DNA of 64,000 bases from Candidatus Omnitrophota bacterium (GTDB lineage Bacteria; Omnitrophota; Omnitrophia; Omnitrophales; Aquincolibacteriaceae), in assembly GCA_022705945.1 (NCBI GenBank), contig JAKJDL010000008.1:642-64641 (forward strand), read 5' to 3'. A program made the position numbers and the translations under genes. The notes beneath the pieces were generated by a model, which had not been told where the DNA came from, did no database searches, and worked only from the letters and a program-made list of their open reading frames with translations. Of the stretch, positions 29,749-39,304 are shown one piece after another; the stretch's first letter is position 1, and each line of letters starts with the position of its first letter.

Positions 29749-30479
29749 GAAGGCACCTGTTCCGGCGCGAGAAGCTTGATGAAAACATCTTCAAGGGAAC
29801 CGTTGGGGCATCCGGCCCGGTGGGAAAGCTCCTGGCGGGTCCCGCTTGCGACCAGCTTTCCTTCGTTGATAATAACGATCCTGTCCGCCAAGACTTCAAC
29901 TTCCTGAAGAATATGCGTGGAAAAAAGAATGGTCCTGTTCCGGGCAAGGCTCTTGATAAGGGAACGGACCCCAAGGATCTGGATCGGGTCAAGACCGGAA
30001 GTCGGCTCATCCAGGATCAAAACCCCGGGATCGTGGATCAAGGCCTGTGCCAGACCTGTTCGTTGGCCGTATCCCTTGGAAAGCTCGTTAGTGGGCTGTT
30101 TCCAGACCTTCCTGAGCTGGCAAGCGTCCATAACCCACGCCATCCTCTCTCTTAATCGGGCGCCCGAAAGACCCCGTGCCGCGCCGACAAACCTCAAATA
30201 CTCCTCCACATTCATATACCCGTAAAGAGGCACCGTTTCAGGGAGGTAGCCCATGCGTTTACGGACTTCCACAGGGTTTTTGATGATGTCGATCCCGTCC
30301 ACAATTGCGCGGCCGGAGGTCGGATAAAGATAGGTCGTAAGAATCCTCATGGCCGTCGTCTTCCCGGCACCGTTCGGCCCGAGAAGGCCGAGAATCTCTC
30401 CGGGATTCGCCCGGAAAGAAACACCGGAAAGGGCCGTGATGTGCCCGTATTTCATGGTGAGATCTTTAACGTCGATCAT
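29745..30479 (-). CDS. ABC transporter ATP-binding protein (GldA-like)
   Basis: Walker A GPNGAGKTT, signature LSKGYGQRTGLAQAL, Walker B ILILDEPTSGLD, and an H-loop. Confidence 0.85.
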   Translation of the reverse strand: MIDVKDLTMKYGHITALSGVSFRANPGEILGLLGPNGAGKTTAMRILTTYLYPTSGRAIVDGIDIIKNPVEVRKRMGYLPETVPLYGYMNVEEYLRFVGAARGLSGARLRERMAWVMDACQLRKVWKQPTNELSKGYGQRTGLAQALIHDPGVLILDEPTSGLDPIQILGVRSLIKSLARNRTILFSTHILQEVEVLADRIVIINEGKLVASGTRQELSHRAGCPNGSLEDVFIKLLAPEQVPS

Positions 30480-30548
30480 GAAAATCCCTGCGATAAGTTG
30501 TAAGTGTCAGGCGGTAAGCATCGCCTTTGCTTATCACCTGCCGCGAAT

Positions 30549-31232
30549 CTACCGCCTGCGCCCGAAGATCCTCAGGAGGAACAGGAACATGTTGATGAAG
30601 TCCAGATAAAGCGTCAAAGCGCCGAGAATCGCGTATTGGGACGGAACCGCGCCGGCGTTCTGATGTATCCATTTAAGCTTCTGTGTGTCATAAGCCGTCA
30701 AACCGATAAAAACCGCCACCCCTGCGTAAGAAAGGATCCAGTAAAAGGCGGGCGTCTGGAAAAAAAGGTTCACGATGCTCGCGATGATGAGCCCCCAAAG
30801 GGCCATCCCGCAAAAACTTCCGATCGAAGTCAGGTCCTGCTTGGTGACCCATCCGTAGAGGCTGACGCCGGCAAAGGTTGCGGCCGCGATGAAAAAAGCC
30901 AGGGAGATCGAGGTTGCCGTGTAGTAAAGAAAGATCCCGGAAAGCGTCACGCCGTTCAGCGCCGAATAGATCATGAATCCCGCGGTCGCGGCTTGGAAAG
31001 AGATTTTCCGGATATTTGCCGAGAGCCAGAAAACGATCCCGAGCTCCGCGATAAAGAAAAGCCACATCCCCCCCTTGATGAGGAATTGCAGGAACGTGGC
31101 ATTAAGAAGCGTCATGAATGCCATCACCCCCGAAAGTCCGAGACCCAGGGTCATCCAAAAATAAACGCGCTGGATAAATGTGGACAAAGTGGCTTCACCC
31201 GGATAAGAGCGGATGTTTTGGTTCGGATTCAT
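30549..31232 (-). CDS. Bax-inhibitor-1/YccA family membrane protein
   Basis: 227 aa, 7 TM helices, with the N-terminus typical of BI-1/YccA (MNPNQNIRSYPGEATLSTFIQRVYFWMTLGL). Confidence 0.75.
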   Translation of the reverse strand: MNPNQNIRSYPGEATLSTFIQRVYFWMTLGLGLSGVMAFMTLLNATFLQFLIKGGMWLFFIAELGIVFWLSANIRKISFQAATAGFMIYSALNGVTLSGIFLYYTATSISLAFFIAAATFAGVSLYGWVTKQDLTSIGSFCGMALWGLIIASIVNLFFQTPAFYWILSYAGVAVFIGLTAYDTQKLKWIHQNAGAVPSQYAILGALTLYLDFINMFLFLLRIFGRRR

Positions 31233-31370
31233 GACAGGCCTCCCTGAAAACAGTTTTCGCCCGGCTCTGCTTTTTTAGGGTTGAGTCCGGACAATTTCTT
31301 GAGTGAACAGAAACGATTCTGGGGACATTTTAACCAAAAAAGACCCAACATACAACGCACAACGAGGCCG

Positions 31371-31781
31371 CTAATTTTCAGGCCGTGTATTCTCTTGAAG
31401 AATCTGGGAAGCGTCGGGAGAAACGGAGGACGCCAGGAATTCCTTGACCTTCCGCGCCGGTTTGGCCAGGACGGCCTTCTCTCCCCGCTCCACGATCGGG
31501 CGCTGGAGAAGATCCGGATAAATCACGATAAGGTCAAGCAACTGTTCCTCCGTCAGGTTTTTTTCCGCAAGCCTGAGGTCCCGATAAACCTGTTCTTTCG
31601 TCCGGACAAGATCCTTCAAGCTTGTTCCGAGTTTTTGCGCAAGCTCCCGGAGTTTTGTTTTCGGAACGGGAGCCGTGTAATAGTCGACCGATTCAAAATC
31701 AACATTGGCATCCTTAAGAATCTGACAGACTTCCTTACAAGTGGAGCAGGCCGGTTTTTGATAGATCGTGATTTTATCCAT
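31371..31781 (-). CDS. ArsC/Spx-family (YffB-like) thioredoxin-fold protein
   Basis: MDKITIYQKPACSTCKEV, the CxxC-type N-terminal motif of the ArsC/Spx family. About 136 aa. Confidence 0.7.
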   Translation of the reverse strand: MDKITIYQKPACSTCKEVCQILKDANVDFESVDYYTAPVPKTKLRELAQKLGTSLKDLVRTKEQVYRDLRLAEKNLTEEQLLDLIVIYPDLLQRPIVERGEKAVLAKPARKVKEFLASSVSPDASQILQENTRPEN

Positions 31782-31857
31782 TTTTAAATCCTTTCGAACC
31801 GGGTGACGAACGGCGGAAGGCGGAGAACCTAAAAACCGAAACTCCGTTCACCGTTCG

Positions 31858-32367
31858 TTATCCCGCTTTTAAAAAATACAGCCCCACATAGACTTTAGGA
31901 TCGACAAGAAACCCTTTTTGGGTCATAGTCCCAAGCCAAACTTCCGCTTCGGTCAAAGGGACCTCGTGAACGGTGATCGCCTCGCTCTCGTCCCCGCCGC
32001 CGGAATGTTTTTTAACAAGACCGGTCGCCGCATAAAAAGTGAGAATCTCGGAGCTTAACCCGCTTGAAACGGGCCCTTCGGTGATCCACTCGAGTTTCCC
32101 GGCTTCATACCCCGTTTCTTCGAGAAGTTCCCGCCGGGCCGCGGCTTCCATGGTTTCGGCATCTTGTGCGGTCTTGTCGTTCACGAGCCCCGCGGGCCAT
32201 TCGATCACGTTGGCCCGGACCGGGCGGCGGAACTGTTCGACAAAAACAGCTTTCCCCTCTTTTGTAACCGGCACGATCACGACGATCCCGCTACAGTTTG
32301 TCCGCCGGACATATTCCCACCGATCTTCCTCCATCAAATCCAGATATTTCCCTTTATAGAGAATCAT
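31858..32367 (-). CDS. Nudix hydrolase (ADP-ribose pyrophosphatase-like)
   Basis: Nudix box in GLVNDKTAQDAETMEAAARRELLEETG. Start taken at MILYKGKY. Confidence 0.8.
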   Translation of the reverse strand: MILYKGKYLDLMEEDRWEYVRRTNCSGIVVIVPVTKEGKAVFVEQFRRPVRANVIEWPAGLVNDKTAQDAETMEAAARRELLEETGYEAGKLEWITEGPVSSGLSSEILTFYAATGLVKKHSGGGDESEAITVHEVPLTEAEVWLGTMTQKGFLVDPKVYVGLYFLKAG

Positions 32368-32456
32368 GCTATTCGGGCCTCTGTTCAATTTTATTTCCAA
32401 CAATCACTTGCGGCCTATCGGGTTTTCCGTTCGACGCGCAGGACTTGTCCGGGCCT

Positions 32457-34154
32457 TTATATTGCGGCGGCTCCGTAGGTGTCTCCCCGCAGATCGCTTT
32501 CCGCGATCATTCTACCAGAATCCGTTTCAAAACAGATCATTTGTCCGTTCCCGAGAAAGTCCCGGGCGTGCACTTTGTGCCCCCAAAGCTCCAGCTGGAC
32601 GCGCCAAACCTCTTCATCATAAAGCTGTTTTTCAATCACCATCCCTTCCGGGCGATTGAAAACGCGCGGAATCTCCAGAACGCCTTCGCAAGGCACCTTA
32701 AAGTCTGTTCTTTGCAAGAAAACATTAAGGTTGGTTACAAAAGATTCCGGACCGTCCGAAGCATTCAGGCTTAAAACCGGTCTCCCGTCCTTTAGGACAA
32801 GGACCGGCGCAAAATAATTTTTGGGCCGCTGGCCGGGGGCGGGAGCGTTCGGAAAGTCAGGGTCCGAAATCAGGGATGCGTCCCTGTCAAACCCAAGCAA
32901 AAGATTGTTGAGAAAAAGACCGGTCCCGGGGATTATCCTCCCCGTCCCGAATGCATCACCCAGGCTTGAGGAATAATTGACAACATTCCCGTTCCGGTCA
33001 GCGATCAGAATCGAGGCGGTCAGCTGCTTCGAAACAGGAGTTTGCCCTTCGGTTTTTCTGGCGGAGCGGGAAGCCCTGTTCAAATCAATTTTTTCCGCCT
33101 GCCGCCGGGTCCATTCTTCGGAAACAAATTCGGCAACCGGCAGGTCAAAAATATCGGGGTCCCCTATTTTCGCATCGGCCGACGATGCGTTCTTTATGGT
33201 CTCGGCAACCAAATGGATCGCTTCCGGTCTTCCCGCATAGCCGGAAACATCAAACCTGTTCAGGATATTGCACGATTGAAGAAACAATAATCCCGACGCC
33301 GAAGGCGGGCTTGCGGTAAAAACATCATATCCCCGATAAACTCCGTAAAGAGCGCTCCGTTTCTCGACCGAATAAGATCCCATGTCTCCCGGACTGATCT
33401 TCCCGGAAAGAGGAAGTGCTTCTTGCGCGGTTTTAACAACGGCGGTCGCGAGCTCTCCCTTATAGAAAACTTCCCATCCTTTTTTCTGGATAAGCCGTAA
33501 CGTCCGGGCAAGATCCGGCTGTAGGATTTTGTCCCCTGCCCTGACAAGTATCCCGTTCTTGAAAAAAACAGACCGGAAGTGAGGCTGAACGGCAAGCTCC
33601 CCCATGTCCGACTGCAAAGCCTCTGCCAGCTCCTCGGAAACGGTCACGCCGTTTTCGGCCATCACAGCCGCAGATTCAAGGAGTTCGGCAAAAGAAAACC
33701 GGCCGCTCCCGTAGCGCGAGTGGACCTCGGCAAGCAGTTTCGGGACCCCCGGCACCCCGGATGAAATGCCGCTTTTCCTCAATTCCTGATAAGAAACCGG
33801 CCTTAAAAAAAGATCCCGGGAAAATCCGGAAGGAGACAAAACGGCCCCGTCAAAATAGAGTATCCGGCGCAGAGCGCTATCGTAATAAAGAAGCGCCGCC
33901 CCGCCCGTAATCCCGCTTGATTGCGGAGCCACAACATTCAAAACCGCCTGCGCGGTTACAAGGGCATCGACCGCGGTTCCTCCCTTTTCGAGAACCTCGA
34001 TTGCTGCCTGGGTCGCCCGCGGATCGGATGTCACGGCAGCGATCTTTGACCCGGTCGCGGCACCGCAAGGGAGAATATTGAGAAAAAAACAGAAAGGGAT
34101 CAGCGCAAGAAAGATTAAACCGGCAAAATGGGGGTGTTTAAAATCCCGAATCAT
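32457..34154 (-). CDS. ggt: Gamma-glutamyltranspeptidase
   Basis: Signal peptide, and LTASILIADRNGNVVNYSSSLGDAFGTGRIIPGTGLFLNN aligns with the GGT catalytic-Thr region (TTHFSVVD...GSGVVVPGTGIILNNEM). Start at 34154 (MIRDFKH). Confidence 0.8.
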   Translation of the reverse strand: MIRDFKHPHFAGLIFLALIPFCFFLNILPCGAATGSKIAAVTSDPRATQAAIEVLEKGGTAVDALVTAQAVLNVVAPQSSGITGGAALLYYDSALRRILYFDGAVLSPSGFSRDLFLRPVSYQELRKSGISSGVPGVPKLLAEVHSRYGSGRFSFAELLESAAVMAENGVTVSEELAEALQSDMGELAVQPHFRSVFFKNGILVRAGDKILQPDLARTLRLIQKKGWEVFYKGELATAVVKTAQEALPLSGKISPGDMGSYSVEKRSALYGVYRGYDVFTASPPSASGLLFLQSCNILNRFDVSGYAGRPEAIHLVAETIKNASSADAKIGDPDIFDLPVAEFVSEEWTRRQAEKIDLNRASRSARKTEGQTPVSKQLTASILIADRNGNVVNYSSSLGDAFGTGRIIPGTGLFLNNLLLGFDRDASLISDPDFPNAPAPGQRPKNYFAPVLVLKDGRPVLSLNASDGPESFVTNLNVFLQRTDFKVPCEGVLEIPRVFNRPEGMVIEKQLYDEEVWRVQLELWGHKVHARDFLGNGQMICFETDSGRMIAESDLRGDTYGAAAI

Positions 34155-34203
34155 TGATCCGCTCAGGACATTTTGGGGATCGGGACCCAAGGTGAACGGC
34201 TTC

Positions 34204-35145
34204 CTACCTTGAAAGGACTTTTCTGGCGGCCGAAACAATATAGGGAGCCGTAAGACCGTATCGCTCGAGCAGTTCTTCGGATTTTCCGGATTCGGCAAAT
34301 GTGTCCCGGATCGCGACAAATTCCATCCTGCAGGGATGATGGGCCGAAAGGAATGCGGCGACCGCGCTCCCGAGACCGCCCCAGATTTGGTGTTCTTCCG
34401 CGATCACAAATTTCCCCGTTTTTTTTGCTTCCTCAAGAAGGACTGCCTTATCCAGCGGTTTGACGGTGTGCATATCGATCACGGACGCCTGAACTCCTTC
34501 CTTCGAAAGCGTTTCGGCGGCGTCAAGAGCTTCGGCAACCTCAAAACCGTTGGCAATAATCGTGAGGTCTTTGCCGTCGCGGAGACGCACGGCCTTCCCG
34601 ATCTCAAACTTTGTGGACTCCCGGTGGACGATCGCCGCTTTGGGCCTTCCGGTCCTCATATAAACCGCTCCCTTATGCTTTGCCATTTCGCGGACCAGGG
34701 CACGGGTGGAAATTTCGTCGCAGGGGACGATCACCGAAAAATAAGGAAGGCTTGTCATAAGGGCGATGTCCTCGATCGACATCTGAGAGGCGCCGTCTTC
34801 CCCGACGGTGATCCCCCCGTGGGATCCGACAAGCTTCACATTCAGCTCGGAAAAAGCGATGCTCATGCGAAACTGATCAAACCCCTTGGAGACCAAAAAA
34901 GAGGCAAAGCTTGAAGCAAAAGGAATTTTCCCGCACATGGCAAGCCCCGCCGCCACACCGGCAAGATTCGCCTCCTGGATCCCGACATTGAAAAAACGTT
35001 CCGGGTATTTTTCCGAAAAAAAGACGGATTTCGTGGATTTGGAAAGATCGGCATCAAGCACCACAACATTGCGGTCCTCCGCCCCGATCTCAACCAGGGT
35101 TTCCCCGTAGGCGTCGCGCGTGGCCTTCCCCATTTTGCGTTCCAT
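34204..35145 (-). CDS. Transketolase, C-terminal (pyrimidine-binding) subunit
   Basis: MERKMGKATRDAYGETLVEIGAEDRNVVVLDADLSKSTK...FFNVGIQEANLAGVAAGLA is the split-transketolase B subunit pattern. Confidence 0.9.
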   Translation of the reverse strand: MERKMGKATRDAYGETLVEIGAEDRNVVVLDADLSKSTKSVFFSEKYPERFFNVGIQEANLAGVAAGLAMCGKIPFASSFASFLVSKGFDQFRMSIAFSELNVKLVGSHGGITVGEDGASQMSIEDIALMTSLPYFSVIVPCDEISTRALVREMAKHKGAVYMRTGRPKAAIVHRESTKFEIGKAVRLRDGKDLTIIANGFEVAEALDAAETLSKEGVQASVIDMHTVKPLDKAVLLEEAKKTGKFVIAEEHQIWGGLGSAVAAFLSAHHPCRMEFVAIRDTFAESGKSEELLERYGLTAPYIVSAARKVLSR

Positions 35146-35969
35146 TATTTGAGCTCCTCCAGGGCACGGGCTACTTCATCCGGTGTCGGCGCGACTCCGT
35201 GAAAATGATTGTTCCCTTCCATGAAGCTGACGCCTTTCCCTTTCACTGTATGAGCCACGATCATGACCGGCTGATCCTTTACGGTCTTCGCGCTTTCAAC
35301 GGCCCGGAGGATCGCTCCAAAGTCATGCCCGTCGATTTCAAGGACATGCCATCTGAAAGATTTCCATTTGTCAACGACCGGCTCCATATCACAGATTTCT
35401 TTCGTGGAGCTGTCGAGCTGGTATTTGTTGTAATCGAGGAAAGCGATCAGGCGGTCGACTTTATGATGTGCGGCCATCGCGGCGGCTTCCCAGGTCTGAC
35501 CTTCGTTCATCTCACCGTCGCTTGTGATCACGTAGGTATAATAATCTTTCTGATCGAGCCGGCGCGCGAGCGCGATCCCGACACCGATGGAAAGGCCCTG
35601 GCCGAGGGAACCCGTCGAAGCCTCAATCCCGGGAAGTTTTCTGCGATCAGGATGTCCTTGCAAGGGGCTTCCCAGTTTCCGGAAATCCGTAAGAGTTTCA
35701 GGGTCAAAATATCCCGCCTCCGCCAGCACCGCGTAAAGAGCCGGTGACGCGTGCCCTTTGCTCAGGACCAAGCGGTCCCGGTCGGCCCAGTCGGGCGTTT
35801 TGGGGTCATGGTTCATTTGATTAAAGTAAAGGGCCACAAGCATTTCGGTGCAGGAGAGGGATCCTCCGGGATGCCCCGAAGCGGCAGCGCCGGTCATCTC
35901 GACAATATGGCGGCGAATAATTTTTGCCTTGGCCTTAAGTTCCTCGACGGAAAGTCTCTTCATTGACAA
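35145..35969 (-). CDS. Transketolase, N-terminal (TPP-binding) subunit
   Basis: GHPGGSLSCTEMLVALYF...DRLVLSKGHASPALYAVL...TGSLGQGLSIGVG are TPP-binding motifs. Stop overlaps the start of the C-terminal subunit. Confidence 0.9.
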   Translation of the reverse strand: MSMKRLSVEELKAKAKIIRRHIVEMTGAAASGHPGGSLSCTEMLVALYFNQMNHDPKTPDWADRDRLVLSKGHASPALYAVLAEAGYFDPETLTDFRKLGSPLQGHPDRRKLPGIEASTGSLGQGLSIGVGIALARRLDQKDYYTYVITSDGEMNEGQTWEAAAMAAHHKVDRLIAFLDYNKYQLDSSTKEICDMEPVVDKWKSFRWHVLEIDGHDFGAILRAVESAKTVKDQPVMIVAHTVKGKGVSFMEGNNHFHGVAPTPDEVARALEELK

Positions 35970-36151
35970 ATGAGTGCCCTAGATGTTGATTGTCCCGGGG
36001 GATAAGACAGCCGAGTTTATCCGCTTTCCCCATAAGCGTCAATGTTAAAAATACTCCAAAAGGCGTAAAACGCCCTTTGATTTTGGGGAGGAGATACCGG
36101 CCTCCCCTGACGAAGATTGCGGACGGTCACTCGGCATGATATTCTTATGCC

Positions 36152-37276
36152 ATGCCTCAAGAACATCTCCTGATTATCGGGAGCAGTGAACAAAATCCCG
36201 ACCTCTTCTACGCGACAAAATTTATCGCACCGGATCCTTTCGTTTTCCTCCGCATCAGAGGGCGGAAATATATTTTGATCAGCGATCTTGAGATCGACAG
36301 AGCCAGGAAACAGGCATCCGTCCATTCCGTAGTCAGCACATCTTCTCTTGCGGGGCGGTTTAGAAAAAAATTCGGCCGGGTCCCTTCACTTTCCGATCTT
36401 GTCATGTTGTTCCTTAAAGATCACAGGGTTAAGGCGCTGACGATTCCTTCGGACTTTCCGTATTCTCTCGCGCTTAATCTCAAAAAGGGCGGGATCCGTC
36501 TCGCATGCGCAAAAATACCGTTTTTCCCCGATCGTATGAAAAAAACCGGTACGGAAATCTCCGCTATTGTCCGGGCCTTGCGCGCTACCGAAAAAGCCAT
36601 GGCCGAAGCGGTAAAGATCCTTCGCGCTTCGACGATCCGGAAGGGGTTGCTTTATTCGGACGACACCCCGCTGACAAGCGAATCGCTTCGCCGCGTCATT
36701 CATCACACGCTTCTGGAGCATGACTGCTCCGGAGAACGGACGATCGTGTCTTGCGGCCGGCACTCGATCGATCCCCACGATCAGGGATCGGGACCGCTTC
36801 GGGCGAACAAGTCGATTATTTTCGACATCTTCCCGAGGGATTGCCGTTCGCTTTATTACGCCGATTTCTCAAGAACCCTCGTCAGGGGAAAGGCTTCCCC
36901 CAAACTCCGGGCCATGTTCAAATCGGTCTCGGAAGCCCAGGAAATCGCATTCGGATTGATCCGGGACGGGGTTCCTTCCGGAAAAATCCACAATGCGGTC
37001 CTAAAGCATTTTGAAAAATCCGGTTTTGAGACGGGGTTAAAAAACGGCCGGATGCAGGGGTTTTTTCATTCAACGGGCCATGGACTCGGGCTTGAAGTCC
37101 ACGAGCCGCCGTGCATCGGCCCGGGTGAGGACATCCTGAAAAAGGGCCATGTGGTGACCGTAGAACCGGGACTCTACTACCAGGGGGTCGGAGGGGTGCG
37201 GCTCGAGGATCTCGTTTTGGTCACAAAAAACGGTTGCAGGAACCTAACTCGTTTCCCTAAATTCCTTGAAATTTAA
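36152..37276 (+). CDS. M24-family metallopeptidase (Xaa-Pro aminopeptidase/prolidase-like)
   Basis: Creatinase-N-like N-terminus, then pita-bread metal ligands (DIFPRD...HSTGHGLGLEVHEPP...VTVEPGLYYQGVGGVRLED). Confidence 0.85.
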   Translation: MPQEHLLIIGSSEQNPDLFYATKFIAPDPFVFLRIRGRKYILISDLEIDRARKQASVHSVVSTSSLAGRFRKKFGRVPSLSDLVMLFLKDHRVKALTIPSDFPYSLALNLKKGGIRLACAKIPFFPDRMKKTGTEISAIVRALRATEKAMAEAVKILRASTIRKGLLYSDDTPLTSESLRRVIHHTLLEHDCSGERTIVSCGRHSIDPHDQGSGPLRANKSIIFDIFPRDCRSLYYADFSRTLVRGKASPKLRAMFKSVSEAQEIAFGLIRDGVPSGKIHNAVLKHFEKSGFETGLKNGRMQGFFHSTGHGLGLEVHEPPCIGPGEDILKKGHVVTVEPGLYYQGVGGVRLEDLVLVTKNGCRNLTRFPKFLEI

Positions 37277-37289
37277 GAAGCCGGTATCC

Positions 37290-37335
37290 GGGGTCCGGGG
37301 TCTTCCGGAGAACTTTTTTTATTTTGCTTTGTGAT
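37290..37335. terminator. Candidate bidirectional terminator between convergent genes
   Basis: Short hairpin tccgg-ggtctt-ccgga followed by gaactttttttatttt, between the + M24 gene and the - small ORF. Confidence 0.3.
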
Positions 37336-37609
37336 ATTTAACGGCTACGGCAACCACTGCCGTAAAAAAAACGAGATTGGTCCACCCAAAAAGCCGGAAA
37401 GCGATATCGCTGGATCGCAGGGCCGCCGGACTCATCAGAAGGATGCATCCCCATACTCCGAAAAGCCAGAAAAGACTAATGTCGCCCGCCGATTTTCTCT
37501 TCGCGATCCTGACGATAAGGAAGATATTGAAAAACGGCATACAAAATCCGGCGGCGGCGCCGAGAAATGTCCAGAGTTTCGCTATTATTCCGGGATCCTG
37601 AAAGTCCAT
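37319..37609 (-). CDS. Hypothetical small membrane protein (96 aa)
   Basis: Three hydrophobic helices. No motifs recognised. Confidence 0.35.
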   Translation of the reverse strand: MDFQDPGIIAKLWTFLGAAAGFCMPFFNIFLIVRIAKRKSAGDISLFWLFGVWGCILLMSPAALRSSDIAFRLFGWTNLVFFTAVVAVAVKYHKAK

Positions 37610-37610
37610 A

Positions 37611-38210
37611 TCAGCGGAGTTGATCTTCGAGTTTGGAAGCTAACGCGTCAATCTGCTTGATCACGTAATCGGGGACAAGGTCTTCATTCTCGAGCTGGGT
37701 TTTTGCCCCGTTCAAAAAACCGATCAGTCGCCTGATCACGGCATTGCGCTTGACCTCCTTGGCTTCGGGAGTGTCCTTTGGCTTCGTTTCAGCAACAATC
37801 GCCTTCACCTTCGCGCGCACATCCTTGTATTCCCTGGCTTCATCAAGAACCTCATGGCGCAGTTCCGCGAACTCTTTTACGGGAATATTCTTGTTCTGTT
37901 TCGCAAGACGAAGGAGGTTTACGGATTCATAATCCGGGATCTTTTTAGGCTCCTCCTCGGCCGCATATTCCGGCTTCACCATCCTCGGCTCTTCTCTCTC
38001 AAGAAAACAATAGGACTTCAGGAGTTTGGAAGCGGTCGCTTCCCGTATTTTAAGCTCCTTGACGCAGTAAGCCTCAAATGTCATATAGCCCCATTCCTTA
38101 AACATCCTGTTCTTGGAAATGGCGAAAAGATATTGCCCGAGCTCAATCCAGGACGCCTTGTGGCGTCGCGCTACATCAGCCGTTTTTTCGCGTAATTCGT
38201 CGTTGGACAT
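37611..38210 (-). CDS. Hypothetical protein (199 aa, charged/helical)
   Basis: ORF ends 1 nt before the downstream small ORF. No family recognised. Confidence 0.4.
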   Translation of the reverse strand: MSNDELREKTADVARRHKASWIELGQYLFAISKNRMFKEWGYMTFEAYCVKELKIREATASKLLKSYCFLEREEPRMVKPEYAAEEEPKKIPDYESVNLLRLAKQNKNIPVKEFAELRHEVLDEAREYKDVRAKVKAIVAETKPKDTPEAKEVKRNAVIRRLIGFLNGAKTQLENEDLVPDYVIKQIDALASKLEDQLR

Positions 38211-38292
38211 AAAATCCCGTCTCCCGGAACAGGGGGCTTGAAACTCGCTTTAAAACCGCAATTCCGCAGAACGGGTTCCGAACCCTGATCTT

Positions 38293-39264
38293 CTAAATGA
38301 ATTTCAACTCCACTTTCCGTGGAATGATGCCGTGCCTGTGAGCTTCGTCCAGCAACCGCCGGAACCCTGCCTCGCCGTCGGCTCCGATATCGACCGTCCG
38401 CTCGTTCACATACATCCCGACGAACCGGTCGTTCAGATCCCAGGGCGTACCGCGCCCGAATTGGAGCGCGTATTTTAACGCGTCTTCGCGGTGATTCAAG
38501 GCATATTCGATGCTCTCTTTGAAAAGCGCCGAGAACTCCCGCATCGTCTGTTCTCCGAGGTCTTTGCGGATCACATCGACGCCGAGCGGGAGCGGCAGGC
38601 CCGTTTTCCCGTGCCACCACTCGCCCAGATCCAAGACCTTCCCGAGACCGTGCGCTTCGTGGGTGATCTGACCTTCGTGGATCACGAGACCATAGTCTGC
38701 TTCGCCGGATTTCACGGCATCGAAAATCTTGTCAAAAGGAACAAGCACTGTTTCAAAGTCACGCACAATGTCAGCTTCAGCGGTCGCCGCATAAAGCTGA
38801 AAAACCAGGTAGGCAGTGGTAAGCTTGCCGGGAACTGCAACTCTGGGTTTGGCCGCACGACACGGGCCGAACGCCTCATGAAGGTTTCCGCCGCGGGGCT
38901 TTGTGGCCCGGCGGCTTGCGGCAACAAGTATGGGGCCGTAATTGTCGCCCACGCTCGCGCCCGAGCGCATGACGGCATAACTTTCCGCCAGATAAGCGTA
39001 TGCGTGACAGGAAACGGCGGTTACTTCTAAGGGAACTGGCGGATTTTCAGGGACCGGCTCTCTCGCCGTCTCTTTCCGAAAATCAGCCTGCCCCTTTCCC
39101 AGCGCCCTTTGATTGAGCGACTCGATGTCCTCGATCACATGCTCGATCTTGAAACCGCGCATCGGGATTTTTTCGTGCGCGAGTGCGTAGAACATGAATG
39201 CGTCGTCCGCGTCAGGGCTGTGGCCTACTCTTATCAATCCGGGAGATGTCTTCATGGTAGGCAT
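38293..39264 (-). CDS. MqnA/MqnD-family protein (futalosine-pathway menaquinone biosynthesis, periplasmic-binding-like fold)
   Basis: IRVGHSPDADDAFMFYALA near the N-terminus and overall about 320 aa resemble the MqnA/MqnD (VitK2_biosynth) family. Called from memory without a search. Start at 39264 or 39255. Confidence 0.5.
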   Translation of the reverse strand: MPTMKTSPGLIRVGHSPDADDAFMFYALAHEKIPMRGFKIEHVIEDIESLNQRALGKGQADFRKETAREPVPENPPVPLEVTAVSCHAYAYLAESYAVMRSGASVGDNYGPILVAASRRATKPRGGNLHEAFGPCRAAKPRVAVPGKLTTAYLVFQLYAATAEADIVRDFETVLVPFDKIFDAVKSGEADYGLVIHEGQITHEAHGLGKVLDLGEWWHGKTGLPLPLGVDVIRKDLGEQTMREFSALFKESIEYALNHREDALKYALQFGRGTPWDLNDRFVGMYVNERTVDIGADGEAGFRRLLDEAHRHGIIPRKVELKFI

Positions 39265-39304
39265 TATACCCGCAAATCCGGGATTCGTCCCCCGGGGCCT
39301 AATA

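Noticed and set aside
31281-31787. 168-aa plus-strand ORF overlapping the ArsC/Spx-family gene
   Set aside because: The opposite strand encodes a protein with a clear CxxC thioredoxin-fold N-terminus. The plus-strand ORF has no recognisable features.
36017-36150. Two small hairpins (aaaggcg...cgccttt and gggagg...cctccc) in the tkt/M24 divergent region as possible terminators
   Set aside because: They lie upstream of both divergently transcribed genes, so they cannot terminate either. They may be regulatory but have no supporting T-run or other signal.
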